Assembly: GCA_965602015.1 (NCBI GenBank)
Contig: OZ271918.1
Span: forward strand, 3,680,001 to 3,744,000
Length of the DNA: 64,000 nt
Source of the DNA: Salinispira sp.
GTDB taxonomy: Bacteria; Spirochaetota; Spirochaetia; DSM-27196; Salinispiraceae
Direction of reading: 5' to 3'
Below are positions 28,746 to 38,096 of this stretch, in pieces (position 1 is the first letter of the stretch; each line of letters begins with the position of its first letter). Made by a program: the position numbers and the translations under genes. A model generated the notes under the pieces. That model saw nothing but the letters and a program-made list of their open reading frames with translations, searched no databases and was not told where the DNA came from.

Positions 28746-30656
28746 TTAGGCGATTTTTACTACCACAAGAGAGCGGTCGTCGAATTGTTCTGCATCCTGC
28801 TGAAAACCTGAAACCTCTTCGAGAAGATAATTCCGTATTGATTCCGCATCAAGACTGTGGTGGCTGATGAGACATCTTACCAGATTTTTATATCCAAATT
28901 GAATACCCTGGCTGTTCCGGGTTTCAATAAGTCCGTCGGTGTACAGCAGTATGATATCTCCCGATTCGACGGGGACCTTTTTGCTCTCGTAGGCGCTTCG
29001 CGGGTCGATGCCGATGGGCGGGGCTTCGCTCCGTAGAGTCTGAATGATGCCCTCTTCCATTCTGTATATCACGACGGTCTGATGAGCCGCCCCTGCGTAG
29101 TCCAGCTCGCGTTTTTCTGCGTCAAAACCCAGGTAGATCAGATTGGCAAAGCGGTCGAGGCGGATTCTTCGGGTCACCGCCCGGTTAATCCAGTTGAGCA
29201 CGCTGCCGGCGTCCCGGTCGGAGCCGGCGATCAGCTGAAATGTCGCCCGAATCATGGACATTACCAGTACCGAGGGCATTCCCCGGCCGGCGACGTCGCA
29301 TAGAATAACCGCAGAGGTTCCCGCGGCACCGTTCACCGCATCGTAGTAATCGCTGTGAATCCCCTCGACTGCCTGGGTCGATGCGGAAATCTGCAGCCCT
29401 TCGGCGGACGGGATTTTTTTCGGCATCAGAAGCCGCTGCATCTCCCCCGCAAGCTCCGCTTCGCTGAGCGCCTTCCGGGTTTCGTGACTTTCGAGGAACA
29501 ACTGAATGTTTTGAATCGAGATGCTGGCAAAATCCATGAATGAACGTATCGCCTTGTAGTCCTTCGGGGAAAAGCGCCGCAGTTGACGGCTGCGGGCGAG
29601 CAGGAATATTCCGTAGACCTTTCCCGAGACCAGGATCGGACAGAGCATAAGCGAGTTGATAAGTGGATGTCCGGTAAAATCTCCGTCATGAGATCCTCCA
29701 TGACCGTCCTTTTGAACGGTCTGGCCCGAGAGAAATACATCCTTCAAGGGACCGTCGGCGATGCGGTATATATCATCAGCTTCATATACTTCCGAATTCC
29801 GCTGGCTCTTCCCTGCGACAGTAAATTCGGTTATAACCGGGAACTCCCCCCTGACGGCTTCCACCCTCATGATGAACTGCCTGGCGTCTTCAACGAGCAT
29901 AAGGGCCGAGGCGTCGGCTCCGGCGTTAATGGCTGCCGCATCGAGAATTTCCTTGTTTATCTGCCGCGCCTGGTCTCCGTCGAGGACAAGCTGTCCCAGT
30001 TTCGAGATTATTCCCTGTATGGTTTCCAAATCGAAGTTGAGCTGACTGATGTGTTCCGTATCTTCATCGCGGCGATGCTGATCGTATAGCCGCAGAAGTA
30101 AAACGGGAATCAGGACAAACAGCTGAGGAAGAAAGACTGGGGTTCGCCCAAGCCTCAAAGCGGTGAAGGCTATCAGCCCATGGATGATTAACGCGCTTAT
30201 CGTCATTGCCGCGGCGGCTTTACGGCTGATATCCTCGGCGGACGGATCGGCGGGGGAGGCGAGCCTGCTCAGGAGGCCAAAAACCGTCCAGGCTGCCGCC
30301 GGAAGCACAAGTTTGACCATAGGGGCTGTACCCGGCAATAAAAGCAGGACCAGTGATGCCCCGCCCAGACCCAGCAATGCAAAACCGCGCAGCACCGAGG
30401 ACCTCGCCTGCTTGAAATTGCCGAGCCAGTGAACAGACAGCAGGGCCATGGCACTGGGAAATACCCAGCTTATAACCGCGTTGTGATCAAAAAATGCAAT
30501 TGTCACAGATTGGGCGAAAAGGACCGCTAAGAGGGCATAGCCCGTCCTGATTCCGGGCAACCGGGAATCCCGGGAAACTGTCGAGGCATACAGGCCCAGG
30601 AGGGAGAGTAAGAGCATGTTACCGAGGAACACCGGATTCTGAAGAATTTCTCGCAT
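28746..30656 (-). CDS. Membrane GAF-PP2C (RsbU-like) phosphatase
   Basis: About seven N-terminal TM segments, GAF (SLMLCPILVSGKVYG), SDYYD, CDVAGRG, YTDGLIE, DDRSL. Start codon uncertain. Confidence 0.88.
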   Translation of the reverse strand: MREILQNPVFLGNMLLLSLLGLYASTVSRDSRLPGIRTGYALLAVLFAQSVTIAFFDHNAVISWVFPSAMALLSVHWLGNFKQARSSVLRGFALLGLGGASLVLLLLPGTAPMVKLVLPAAAWTVFGLLSRLASPADPSAEDISRKAAAAMTISALIIHGLIAFTALRLGRTPVFLPQLFVLIPVLLLRLYDQHRRDEDTEHISQLNFDLETIQGIISKLGQLVLDGDQARQINKEILDAAAINAGADASALMLVEDARQFIMRVEAVRGEFPVITEFTVAGKSQRNSEVYEADDIYRIADGPLKDVFLSGQTVQKDGHGGSHDGDFTGHPLINSLMLCPILVSGKVYGIFLLARSRQLRRFSPKDYKAIRSFMDFASISIQNIQLFLESHETRKALSEAELAGEMQRLLMPKKIPSAEGLQISASTQAVEGIHSDYYDAVNGAAGTSAVILCDVAGRGMPSVLVMSMIRATFQLIAGSDRDAGSVLNWINRAVTRRIRLDRFANLIYLGFDAEKRELDYAGAAHQTVVIYRMEEGIIQTLRSEAPPIGIDPRSAYESKKVPVESGDIILLYTDGLIETRNSQGIQFGYKNLVRCLISHHSLDAESIRNYLLEEVSGFQQDAEQFDDRSLVVVKIA

Positions 30657-30848
30657 AGTCACCACATCGTTTTTTTCCGATACTACCGGGCTGGTGTTAG
30701 GAATCAATGAATTCGGCGTTGTTTTTCCATGGCAGCCTGGGGCCCCGTGACTGGTCAAAACCGCCCTAACATGGTAGCTTCCTCAACCGCCGCAGGCAGC
30801 TTTGTCTGCGGCGTCGTATAATGTAAAAAGATATTTCAGGAGGACGGT

Positions 30849-31592
30849 ATCAACCGCATTGCATATATCGTCATCAGCGCCCTGCTGTTTGCCGGCAGCG
30901 GCATCCATTTCACCGCCAACGCGCCCCGGGGCGACCGGTACTATCAAGAGCACCGAATGAACCGGAAAAGTCAGTCCGTGGCGTTTTTTATTCCGGAGAA
31001 AGAGGATTTCAAGCGGGTCGAGGCTCCGCCGATTCTCCCTTCTTTGGATGTGTTCTTGTACTCCGATGCTCCCGCGCTTCATTTTTACCGCAATGAGCGG
31101 ACCAGGGAGGCGGTAATTGATTTTTTCGTCAGCCTCACGGGATCCGAGCAGGTTGCTCTGTCCACCATGTATTATTCCAATAAGCACGATATCCCATTCC
31201 TGCTCAGTTTTTCGCTGATGCACACCGAAAGCAGGTTTTTGCCCGACGCCGTAAACTTCAACGATCGCTCAATTGACCGGGGTATTTTCCAGCTAAACAA
31301 TTTGGCATTTCCCCATCTGAATGAAGAGGACTTTTTTAACCCCGACCTCAATGCCAGTTACGGCGTGGCCCACATCGAATGGTGCCTGGGGGTCTCCTCC
31401 AATCTCGACCAGGCCCTGGCGATTTACAATGCGGGCTACGGGAAGGTGGTGCATAACGGGATCATCCCCTTAAGTACCCTGGATTACATCCAAAAAATCC
31501 ATCGTTACCGCGAAGCGCTCAACGACGAATTCTACCGGTACCTGGTGGCGGAAATTCCCGAACGGGTGCTGAACCTGGCCGCGCTTCCCTGA
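30849..31592 (+). CDS. Lytic transglycosylase (SLT domain); true start probably ATC at 30849, first ATG at 30957
   Basis: LMHTESRF, DRGIFQLN, ALAIYNAGYG motifs. The in-frame upstream extension encodes a hydrophobic N-terminal segment and follows AGGAGG. Confidence 0.85.
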   Translation: MNRIAYIVISALLFAGSGIHFTANAPRGDRYYQEHRMNRKSQSVAFFIPEKEDFKRVEAPPILPSLDVFLYSDAPALHFYRNERTREAVIDFFVSLTGSEQVALSTMYYSNKHDIPFLLSFSLMHTESRFLPDAVNFNDRSIDRGIFQLNNLAFPHLNEEDFFNPDLNASYGVAHIEWCLGVSSNLDQALAIYNAGYGKVVHNGIIPLSTLDYIQKIHRYREALNDEFYRYLVAEIPERVLNLAALP

Positions 31593-31620
31593 GCCTGGCG
31601 GCGCGTGCTATGCTCGTGCC

Positions 31621-33594
31621 ATGGTCATCATTCTCAACCAGCACATCCGCGAGGACGAAAAAGAGCATATCCGCCGCATGCTCAGCGGTCACGGCTACAT
31701 TCTGCGGGAGATTGTCGGAAGCGAGGAGACGGTTCTTGGGGCAGTGGGTCCGGCCCGGCTCGATATCCGGGAGGTGGAAGTGCTGCCCGGCGTGGCCCGG
31801 GTCATACCCATTAGCCAACCCTTCAAACTGGCGTCCAGGGAGCTACAGGCGCGGGACAGCATTGTCCGGGTCGGGGAGGTGCCCGTTGGAAGCGGCCGGG
31901 TGGTGGTAATCGCCGGGCCCGGCGTCGTTGAGAGCCGGGAACAGATTATGGAGACCGCTGCCCAGGTACGGGAAGCAGGCGCAGTAATTCTCCGTGGCGG
32001 GGCCTACAAGCCGAGCAGCTCCCCCTACGCCTTTCACGGATTGGGCGAGCAAGGCCTGGCATGGTTGCGTGAAGCCGGCGAACGCTACGGAATGCCCCTG
32101 GTCAGCGAAATTGTATCTCCGGATCAGCTCGAGCAAATGAAGTATTACGTGAACCTGCTCGAGATTGGCGCGCGGAATATGCAGAATTTCGAATTGCTGA
32201 AGGCAGTAGGGTCTTCCTCTTTGCCGGTTATGCTCAAGAGAGGACCCGCAGCCCGAATCGAAGAGTGGCTGATGTCTGCCGAATACCTCATGGCTCACGG
32301 AAACGAATCGGTCATTCTCTGCGAACCGGGCATCCGGAGCTTCGAAACCTATACCACCAACAGCCTTGACCTGTCCTCCATACCGGTAGTCAAAAAGCTC
32401 AGCCATCTGCCGGTCATCGTGGATCCGAGCCAGGCGACGGGAATCAGGGAAAAGGTAATGCCCATGGCCATGGCTGCGGTGGCCGCCGGGGCCGACGGGC
32501 TCAGCGTTGCGGTCCACCCCGACCCGGAGAGCGCCCGCAGCGACGGCGCTCAGAGCCTCTTTCCCCCGATGTTCGAAAGACTGGTGAGGGACGTCCAGGC
32601 CCTCTGTCCGGTTCTCCACAAGGAGCTGTATCAGCTTCCCTACGGGTTCCCCGGTGCTGACGGAGGAGCAGCAGACCTGATTCGCGGCGAGGCCGGGAAG
32701 ACGAGCACGGGGAATCTTCCGGTAGGCATCGAACAGGATCGGGATACACGCGTTTCCGTTGCCTTTCAGGGCGAAGCCGGAGCCTACAGCGAAATGGCGC
32801 TCCAGCGCTACTTTGCCAGCGACGGAAGGACCGCCGAAGGCCTTCCCTGTCCTCAATTCAAGACGGTTTTCGACCGGGTGCTCAGCGCCGAGGCGGAATT
32901 CGGCATACTGCCGATAGAGAACGCCCTTACCGGATCGATTCATGAAAACTACGACTTATTGATAGAATACCCGGATCTCCACATCTGCGGTGAAACCCGC
33001 ATACGCATCCAGCACAGCCTTATCGGCTTGCCTGACGCAGACCTCGACGATATCCGAATTGTGTTTTCCCATCCCCAGGGCCTTGCCCAATGCTCAAGAT
33101 TTCTCGACAGGCATCCGCAGATTGAGCGGAGACCCTATTACGACACTGCGGGATCGGTTGCCCATATCGCCAGGGAGGGCAACAAGGGGCTGGGAGCCAT
33201 AGCCAACAGCCTGGCCGCCGGGGTGTACGGCATGAAGACCATTAAGGAAGGAATCGAAACCAATCCGGTGAACTATACCCGCTTTGTCATAATCCGGCGC
33301 GGTCCGAGCGTCCCTGAGCTTTCCCGTGATTCAGGCCCGGCCGACAAGGCCTCTATGGTGTTCAGCACACAGGACAAACCCGGCGCCCTGCTCAAATGCA
33401 TGGAACATCTGAGCAGGAGGGAGTTGAATCTCCGGAAAATTGAGTCCCGGCCCATTCACGGTAAGCCTTGGGAATACATGTTCTATCTCGATGTGGACAT
33501 CCGCGGAAAAGTTCCGGATTTTTTTGAAGCCGTCACTGCCCTGGAGGAGTTCGCCATGGATATCAGGGTTCTCGGCCTCTATGCCAGCGGATAA
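31621..33594 (+). CDS. pheA: Fusion of an ACT-like plus type I-beta DAHP-synthase-like domain (catalytically degenerate) with prephenate dehydratase-ACT
   Basis: DAHPS-like barrel (IGARNMQNFELL, LKRG, SDG.QSL); PDT motifs AFQGEAGAYSE, PIEN, SHPQGLAQC, NYTRF; ACT ESRP. Confidence 0.9.
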   Translation: MVIILNQHIREDEKEHIRRMLSGHGYILREIVGSEETVLGAVGPARLDIREVEVLPGVARVIPISQPFKLASRELQARDSIVRVGEVPVGSGRVVVIAGPGVVESREQIMETAAQVREAGAVILRGGAYKPSSSPYAFHGLGEQGLAWLREAGERYGMPLVSEIVSPDQLEQMKYYVNLLEIGARNMQNFELLKAVGSSSLPVMLKRGPAARIEEWLMSAEYLMAHGNESVILCEPGIRSFETYTTNSLDLSSIPVVKKLSHLPVIVDPSQATGIREKVMPMAMAAVAAGADGLSVAVHPDPESARSDGAQSLFPPMFERLVRDVQALCPVLHKELYQLPYGFPGADGGAADLIRGEAGKTSTGNLPVGIEQDRDTRVSVAFQGEAGAYSEMALQRYFASDGRTAEGLPCPQFKTVFDRVLSAEAEFGILPIENALTGSIHENYDLLIEYPDLHICGETRIRIQHSLIGLPDADLDDIRIVFSHPQGLAQCSRFLDRHPQIERRPYYDTAGSVAHIAREGNKGLGAIANSLAAGVYGMKTIKEGIETNPVNYTRFVIIRRGPSVPELSRDSGPADKASMVFSTQDKPGALLKCMEHLSRRELNLRKIESRPIHGKPWEYMFYLDVDIRGKVPDFFEAVTALEEFAMDIRVLGLYASG

Positions 33595-33607
33595 AAGAAC
33601 CCGGCGT

Positions 33608-35008
33608 TTATTGAATACCGAGTTTTTTTAACTGATCCCGTTCTTCTTTTTTGGCGACATACTCGTGCTTTTTCTGACTTGCGTTATGAAGATTTCCCTT
33701 GACCGCCGCCACCTCGTTTTTTACTCCCCGGATTTTATCCCTCTCATAGCGGTTCACTTCGGTTTTGAAGAATGTGTCCAGGGCATCCATTGTCCGATTG
33801 ATGTCGGAGATATCACGGGATGATTTATCGAGAAAGGAGAACAGCTGGTCTTCCGATGCCCCCATGAGCTTCTGGTAGAGGGCCGAACCCTTGGTCAGTA
33901 TTCCGTTCAGGTTCTTCGTCTTTTTTATCGACGACGTCATAAATGATTCAAAATCAATGTTTTTGGTCACGTGCATGCTTGTTGCCGGATCGATGATTTC
34001 CAGTTCGTAGACGAGCCTCTCGGTTTTTCCCGAGGTCATCGAAACGATCCATTCCTTGAACTTTTCCATGAACGACTTCGGCCGGTTTTCGATAAGCGAC
34101 GAGTTGCTGCGAATTTTGTCAAGAGCCGTATCGATATGCCGGGTGGAGTTCGCAAGAATCCTCAGCGCGTCAACCAGCATGGGTCTGAGATCCGCATCGG
34201 CCTTTTTTAAGGCGTTGGCCTGTTTTTTTACCTGGAGGGACGAGAGCACCTTGTCCTGAAGCAGGGCGCCGTCGGAGGTGAAGCTTTCCTGATAAATCTC
34301 CTCAATAAGTTCGGGATAGAACGGAATCGGCAGGCGCCGACGCTGGAATTCCTTTTTGATCGATTTGGTAAAAATTTCATGGGGCACCGAATTGCCCATA
34401 TCGATCTGATCGAGTACCTGTTCCCGGACCTGAAGCTTGTACTCCTCCCGCTTGAACTGGGAAAGCTCCTTGAGGTTTTTTTCAAGGCGTTTCATGATCT
34501 CGCCGAGCTGATTAATGCTCGACTGAATGGCCCCGGCGGCCAGCTGATCGGAGCCCTTTTTCACCTTGTCTATTACCTCAGCAAGGGCCCTGGTGGTGTT
34601 TTTTGTCGAGTTGGTGGAAAAATCCGCAAAGCGGATAAAATTGAGGGTGGCGTGCAGCTTTTTTATCTGTTTGAGATCCATGGAATCAACGCTGAACGAG
34701 CTGTAATGGTTGATGTAATCCAGCAGCGAGGTGAACTCCGAGAGGCGGACGCTGAGTTCGTCCTCCTTGTATGATTCCCCTAACGGCGCATCCTTGGGCG
34801 GGACGATTTCAGCTATCTGATGGTCTTTTTTGTAGGGATCCTCACGGAACAGTCCCTTTTTTATCAGCAGCGAATACACGGACTCGAGATTAGTCTGATA
34901 CGAACGCCAGTTCTCCTTCATCTCCGCGGTAGCGGTGGAGCTGAGCTGTTGGGCTTTGGCGGCGATGAGGCTGCGCAGTTGAAGAGTGAAATTCTCGGGC
35001 TCGGACAT
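33608..35008 (-). CDS. Hypothetical alpha-helical cytoplasmic protein
   Basis: 466-aa Lys/Glu-rich ORF with normal codon style; no family recognised. Confidence 0.8.
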   Translation of the reverse strand: MSEPENFTLQLRSLIAAKAQQLSSTATAEMKENWRSYQTNLESVYSLLIKKGLFREDPYKKDHQIAEIVPPKDAPLGESYKEDELSVRLSEFTSLLDYINHYSSFSVDSMDLKQIKKLHATLNFIRFADFSTNSTKNTTRALAEVIDKVKKGSDQLAAGAIQSSINQLGEIMKRLEKNLKELSQFKREEYKLQVREQVLDQIDMGNSVPHEIFTKSIKKEFQRRRLPIPFYPELIEEIYQESFTSDGALLQDKVLSSLQVKKQANALKKADADLRPMLVDALRILANSTRHIDTALDKIRSNSSLIENRPKSFMEKFKEWIVSMTSGKTERLVYELEIIDPATSMHVTKNIDFESFMTSSIKKTKNLNGILTKGSALYQKLMGASEDQLFSFLDKSSRDISDINRTMDALDTFFKTEVNRYERDKIRGVKNEVAAVKGNLHNASQKKHEYVAKKEERDQLKKLGIQ

Positions 35009-35080
35009 GATTATAGTATAATCAAATTTTCCGGTATTGAAAGACCGCGTCCTGCCCATGAGATTTCCCGGATTCCCCAC

Positions 35081-35106
35081 AAAAAACGCCGCCTCAAGGG
35101 GCGGCG
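35081..35106 (-). terminator. Rho-independent terminator after leuS
   Basis: Minus strand cgccgcc-ccttga-ggcggcg followed by TTTTTT. Confidence 0.8.
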
Positions 35107-35173
35107 CAGTTTACTGTGACGTTGATATTACAGGCGGAGCTTCTGCAGGATTGGCTTCTTCTTTTAGCAAGCC

Positions 35174-37744
35174 TTATTGGGCGACGATATTCACCAGCTT
35201 GTTGGGCACCGCAATAACTTTGCGGATGGTCTTTCCCTCGGTCAGTTCCCGTATGCGCTCGTTCTCCAGGGCGAGTTTCTCCAGCTCATCCTTCGGCGTG
35301 TCGGCAGGTACCGTCAGTTTGGCCCGGACCTTGCCGTTGACCTGGAGAACCAGCTCGATTTCATCGTCTTTGGTCAGCGCCTCATCGTATTCCGGCCAGC
35401 TCTCGAGAGCCGTGCTGCCGGTGCCGCCGGCCATTTCCCACAGTTCCTCGCTGAGGTGAGGCGCGTAGGGGCTCAACAGCAGGATAAACCGCTTCCATAT
35501 GTCAATATTGATGGTTTCTGCCTTGAAGGCCTCGTTGATAAAAATCATCATCTGGCTGATTGCCGTGTTGAAGTCCAGATTTTGTGTGTCCTGGCCGACT
35601 TTTTTGATGGTTTTGTGGAGGATTTTTACCAGATCCGCATTCGGTTCAGCGCTATCCATGGGTTTGTGGGCGGTTCTCCAGACCTTGTCGAGAAAACGGT
35701 GTATGCCGATGAGGCCCTGGGTCGACCAGGGTTTTGACTGCTCCAACGGTCCCATAAACATTTCGTAGAGGCGCATGGAGTCGGCGCCGAACTCCCGAAT
35801 GATGTCGTCGGGGTTCACCACGTTTTTAAGGCTCTTGGACATTTTGGCGATGACCTGCGTCACCGGCTTTCCGGTTGCTTTTTCAATGTATTTTCCCTGG
35901 GATACTTCTTCCACCTCATCAGTGGGTACCAGGGTGGAATCATCCCGCTGGTATGCATGAGAGGTAATCATTCCCTGATTCACCAGCCGGGAAAAGGGCT
36001 CCTTTGTATTGACCACTCCGATATCGTAGAGGACCTTGTGCCAAAATCGGGCGTACAGCAGATGCAAGACCGCGTGTTCGGTTCCTCCGACATAGAGATC
36101 CACCGGCATCCAGTAGCGGATTTTTTCCGGGTCGGCCAGGGCTGCGCTATTGCGGGGGTCGATGTAGCGCAGGTAGTACCAGCAGCTGCCGGCCCATTGG
36201 GGCATGGTATTGGTTTCCCGTACACCTTTCTCACCGGGTCTTCCGGGCACCTCGGCTTCAACCCAGCTACGCACATTCACCAGAGGGCTTTCGCCGGTTC
36301 CCGAGGGTTTGTAGCTTTCGACCTCAGGCAGGGTGAGGGGCAGTTCGGTTTCGGGAATGGGTATGAACTCGCCCTCGGCGTCCTGTACCAGGGGAATGGG
36401 CTCACCCCAATAGCGCTGACGGCTGAAAATCCAGTCTCTGAGCTTGTAATTTACCGCACGCTCGCCCCGGCCCTGTTTCTCGAGCCAATCGATAATGGTC
36501 GATTTGGCCTCGTCGGTCGGAAGACCGGTAATAAGCCCCGAGTTCACTGAAATGCCTTTTTCGGTGAAAACCTCGCTCATGTTCGGGTGAAAGTTGCTTA
36601 ATTCTACGGAGCTGGTGTCGCTGATATCCGCGGGATCCGCGACAACCCTGATAATCGGAAGCTGGTATTTTGTCGCGAATTCCCAGTCTCTCTCATCGTG
36701 TCCCGGCACGGCCATAATGGCGCCGGTGCCGTAACTTATGAGGATGTAGTCGGAAATCCAAATGGGTATTTTCTGATCATTCACCGGATTGACCGCATAT
36801 GCGCCGGTGAACACCCCGGTTTTGTCTTTGGCGAGATCGGTGCGCTCCAGGTCGCTTTTGAGGGATGATTTGCGGATGTACTCTTCAACGGCGCTGCGCT
36901 GATCATCGGTGGTGATTTCGTGAACCAGCGAGTGCTCGGGAGCCATCACCATGTAGGTGGCACCGAAGAGGGTATCCGGCCGGGTGGTGTACACCTCAAG
37001 GATGTCATCCCGCCCGTCCAGGGAAAATTTGACGTTTGCCCCTTCACTGCGGCCGATCCAGTTGCGCTGCATGGCCTTGAGGGATTCGGTCCAGTCGAGG
37101 TCTTCCAGGTCTGCCAAAAGCCGCTCGGCGTACTCGGTTATTTTGAGCATCCATTGGCGCAGCGGGCGCCGCTCAACGGGGTGCATCCCCCGCTCGGAGC
37201 GGGGACCGTCGGGGGTGGTTATTACCTCTTCGTTGGCGAGAACCGTGCCGAGCTTTTCGCAATACCACATGGGTATTTCATCGACGTAGGCCAGACCACG
37301 CTCGTACAGTTTGAGAAAAATCCATTGAGTCCACTTGTAATATTCTTCCGTGTGGGTGGCGATTTCCCGGTCCCAATCGTAGCTGAAGCCCAGTTGCTTG
37401 AGCTGACGGCGGAAGGTGTTGATGTTGTTTTCCGTTGAGGTTCGCGGGTGGGTTCCGGTTTGTATGGCGTAGGTCTCCGCCGCCAGACCAAAGCTGTCGA
37501 AACCCATGGGGTGGAGAACATTGTGACCCGTCATGCGCAGGTAGCGGCAGAAAATATCCGTCGCCACATATCCTTCGGGATGTCCGACGTGAAGTCCGCT
37601 TCCCGAAGGATAGGGGAACATGTCCAGAACGTATTTGCGTTTTTCCGGCGGAAAATTCGGGTCTTCGCTGACCGCGAAGGTTTTATGATCTTCCCAGTAC
37701 TTCTGCCATTTTTTTTCAATTTCCGCGAAGGGGTACTTTTTCAC
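35174..37744 (-). CDS. leuS: Leucine--tRNA ligase
   Basis: [14 protein letters not shown] (HIGH), CP1 editing domain ([22 protein letters not shown]), KMSKS; GTG start. Confidence 0.98.
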   Translation of the reverse strand: MKKYPFAEIEKKWQKYWEDHKTFAVSEDPNFPPEKRKYVLDMFPYPSGSGLHVGHPEGYVATDIFCRYLRMTGHNVLHPMGFDSFGLAAETYAIQTGTHPRTSTENNINTFRRQLKQLGFSYDWDREIATHTEEYYKWTQWIFLKLYERGLAYVDEIPMWYCEKLGTVLANEEVITTPDGPRSERGMHPVERRPLRQWMLKITEYAERLLADLEDLDWTESLKAMQRNWIGRSEGANVKFSLDGRDDILEVYTTRPDTLFGATYMVMAPEHSLVHEITTDDQRSAVEEYIRKSSLKSDLERTDLAKDKTGVFTGAYAVNPVNDQKIPIWISDYILISYGTGAIMAVPGHDERDWEFATKYQLPIIRVVADPADISDTSSVELSNFHPNMSEVFTEKGISVNSGLITGLPTDEAKSTIIDWLEKQGRGERAVNYKLRDWIFSRQRYWGEPIPLVQDAEGEFIPIPETELPLTLPEVESYKPSGTGESPLVNVRSWVEAEVPGRPGEKGVRETNTMPQWAGSCWYYLRYIDPRNSAALADPEKIRYWMPVDLYVGGTEHAVLHLLYARFWHKVLYDIGVVNTKEPFSRLVNQGMITSHAYQRDDSTLVPTDEVEEVSQGKYIEKATGKPVTQVIAKMSKSLKNVVNPDDIIREFGADSMRLYEMFMGPLEQSKPWSTQGLIGIHRFLDKVWRTAHKPMDSAEPNADLVKILHKTIKKVGQDTQNLDFNTAISQMMIFINEAFKAETINIDIWKRFILLLSPYAPHLSEELWEMAGGTGSTALESWPEYDEALTKDDEIELVLQVNGKVRAKLTVPADTPKDELEKLALENERIRELTEGKTIRKVIAVPNKLVNIVAQ

Positions 37745-37836
37745 CGCTGATTCCTCGTACGGACCGCCGTCGGGACCGCGGTGCCGAATATCAATTAGAC
37801 GAAATATAATGAGCGGCTATAGTAGCGCAAGAGTTT

Positions 37837-38006
37837 AAAAAATAAAACCCCCGGGTAAGGAGGTGAAACCCGGGGGCGCACTGTCGTTCCGGGGCCAGGC
37901 GCCTAAGATCGCCGAAATTGCGGATGACAGAAAGAAGCATGTGATGTCAGCAAATGCCGTTTGCTCGTTGATGACATTTTTACATGGCCGCCCTATCAGG
38001 GCGGAG
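37837..38006 (-). ncRNA. Candidate small RNA with four stem-loops and an anti-SD terminator loop
   Basis: Promoter TTGACT(38039-38034)-17-TAGGTT(38016-38011); stems at 37988-38004, 37938-37986 and 37881-37930; terminator CCCCCGGG-TTTCACCTCCTTA-CCCGGGGG-TTTTATTTTTT at 37876-37837. Confidence 0.65.
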
Positions 38007-38096
38007 CAGTAACCTAAACCATCGGCGAATAATAGTCAACATGCTTGGCGAGTAAATTTCTATGTTGTGATGATTTATTTCGGCTTCTTCCCCAGA

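Noticed and set aside
37856..38012. Small plus-strand ORF or type I toxin behind TAAGGAGGTGA
   Set aside because: No start codon at a usable spacing (the only GTG lies within the SD itself), and the 49-aa product is not hydrophobic or toxin-like.
37745..38040. T-box riboswitch or Leu leader-peptide attenuator for leuS
   Set aside because: No T-box (GGTGGNACC) antiterminator motif before the terminator, no SD-led Leu-rich uORF, and leuS has its own promoter downstream of the terminator.
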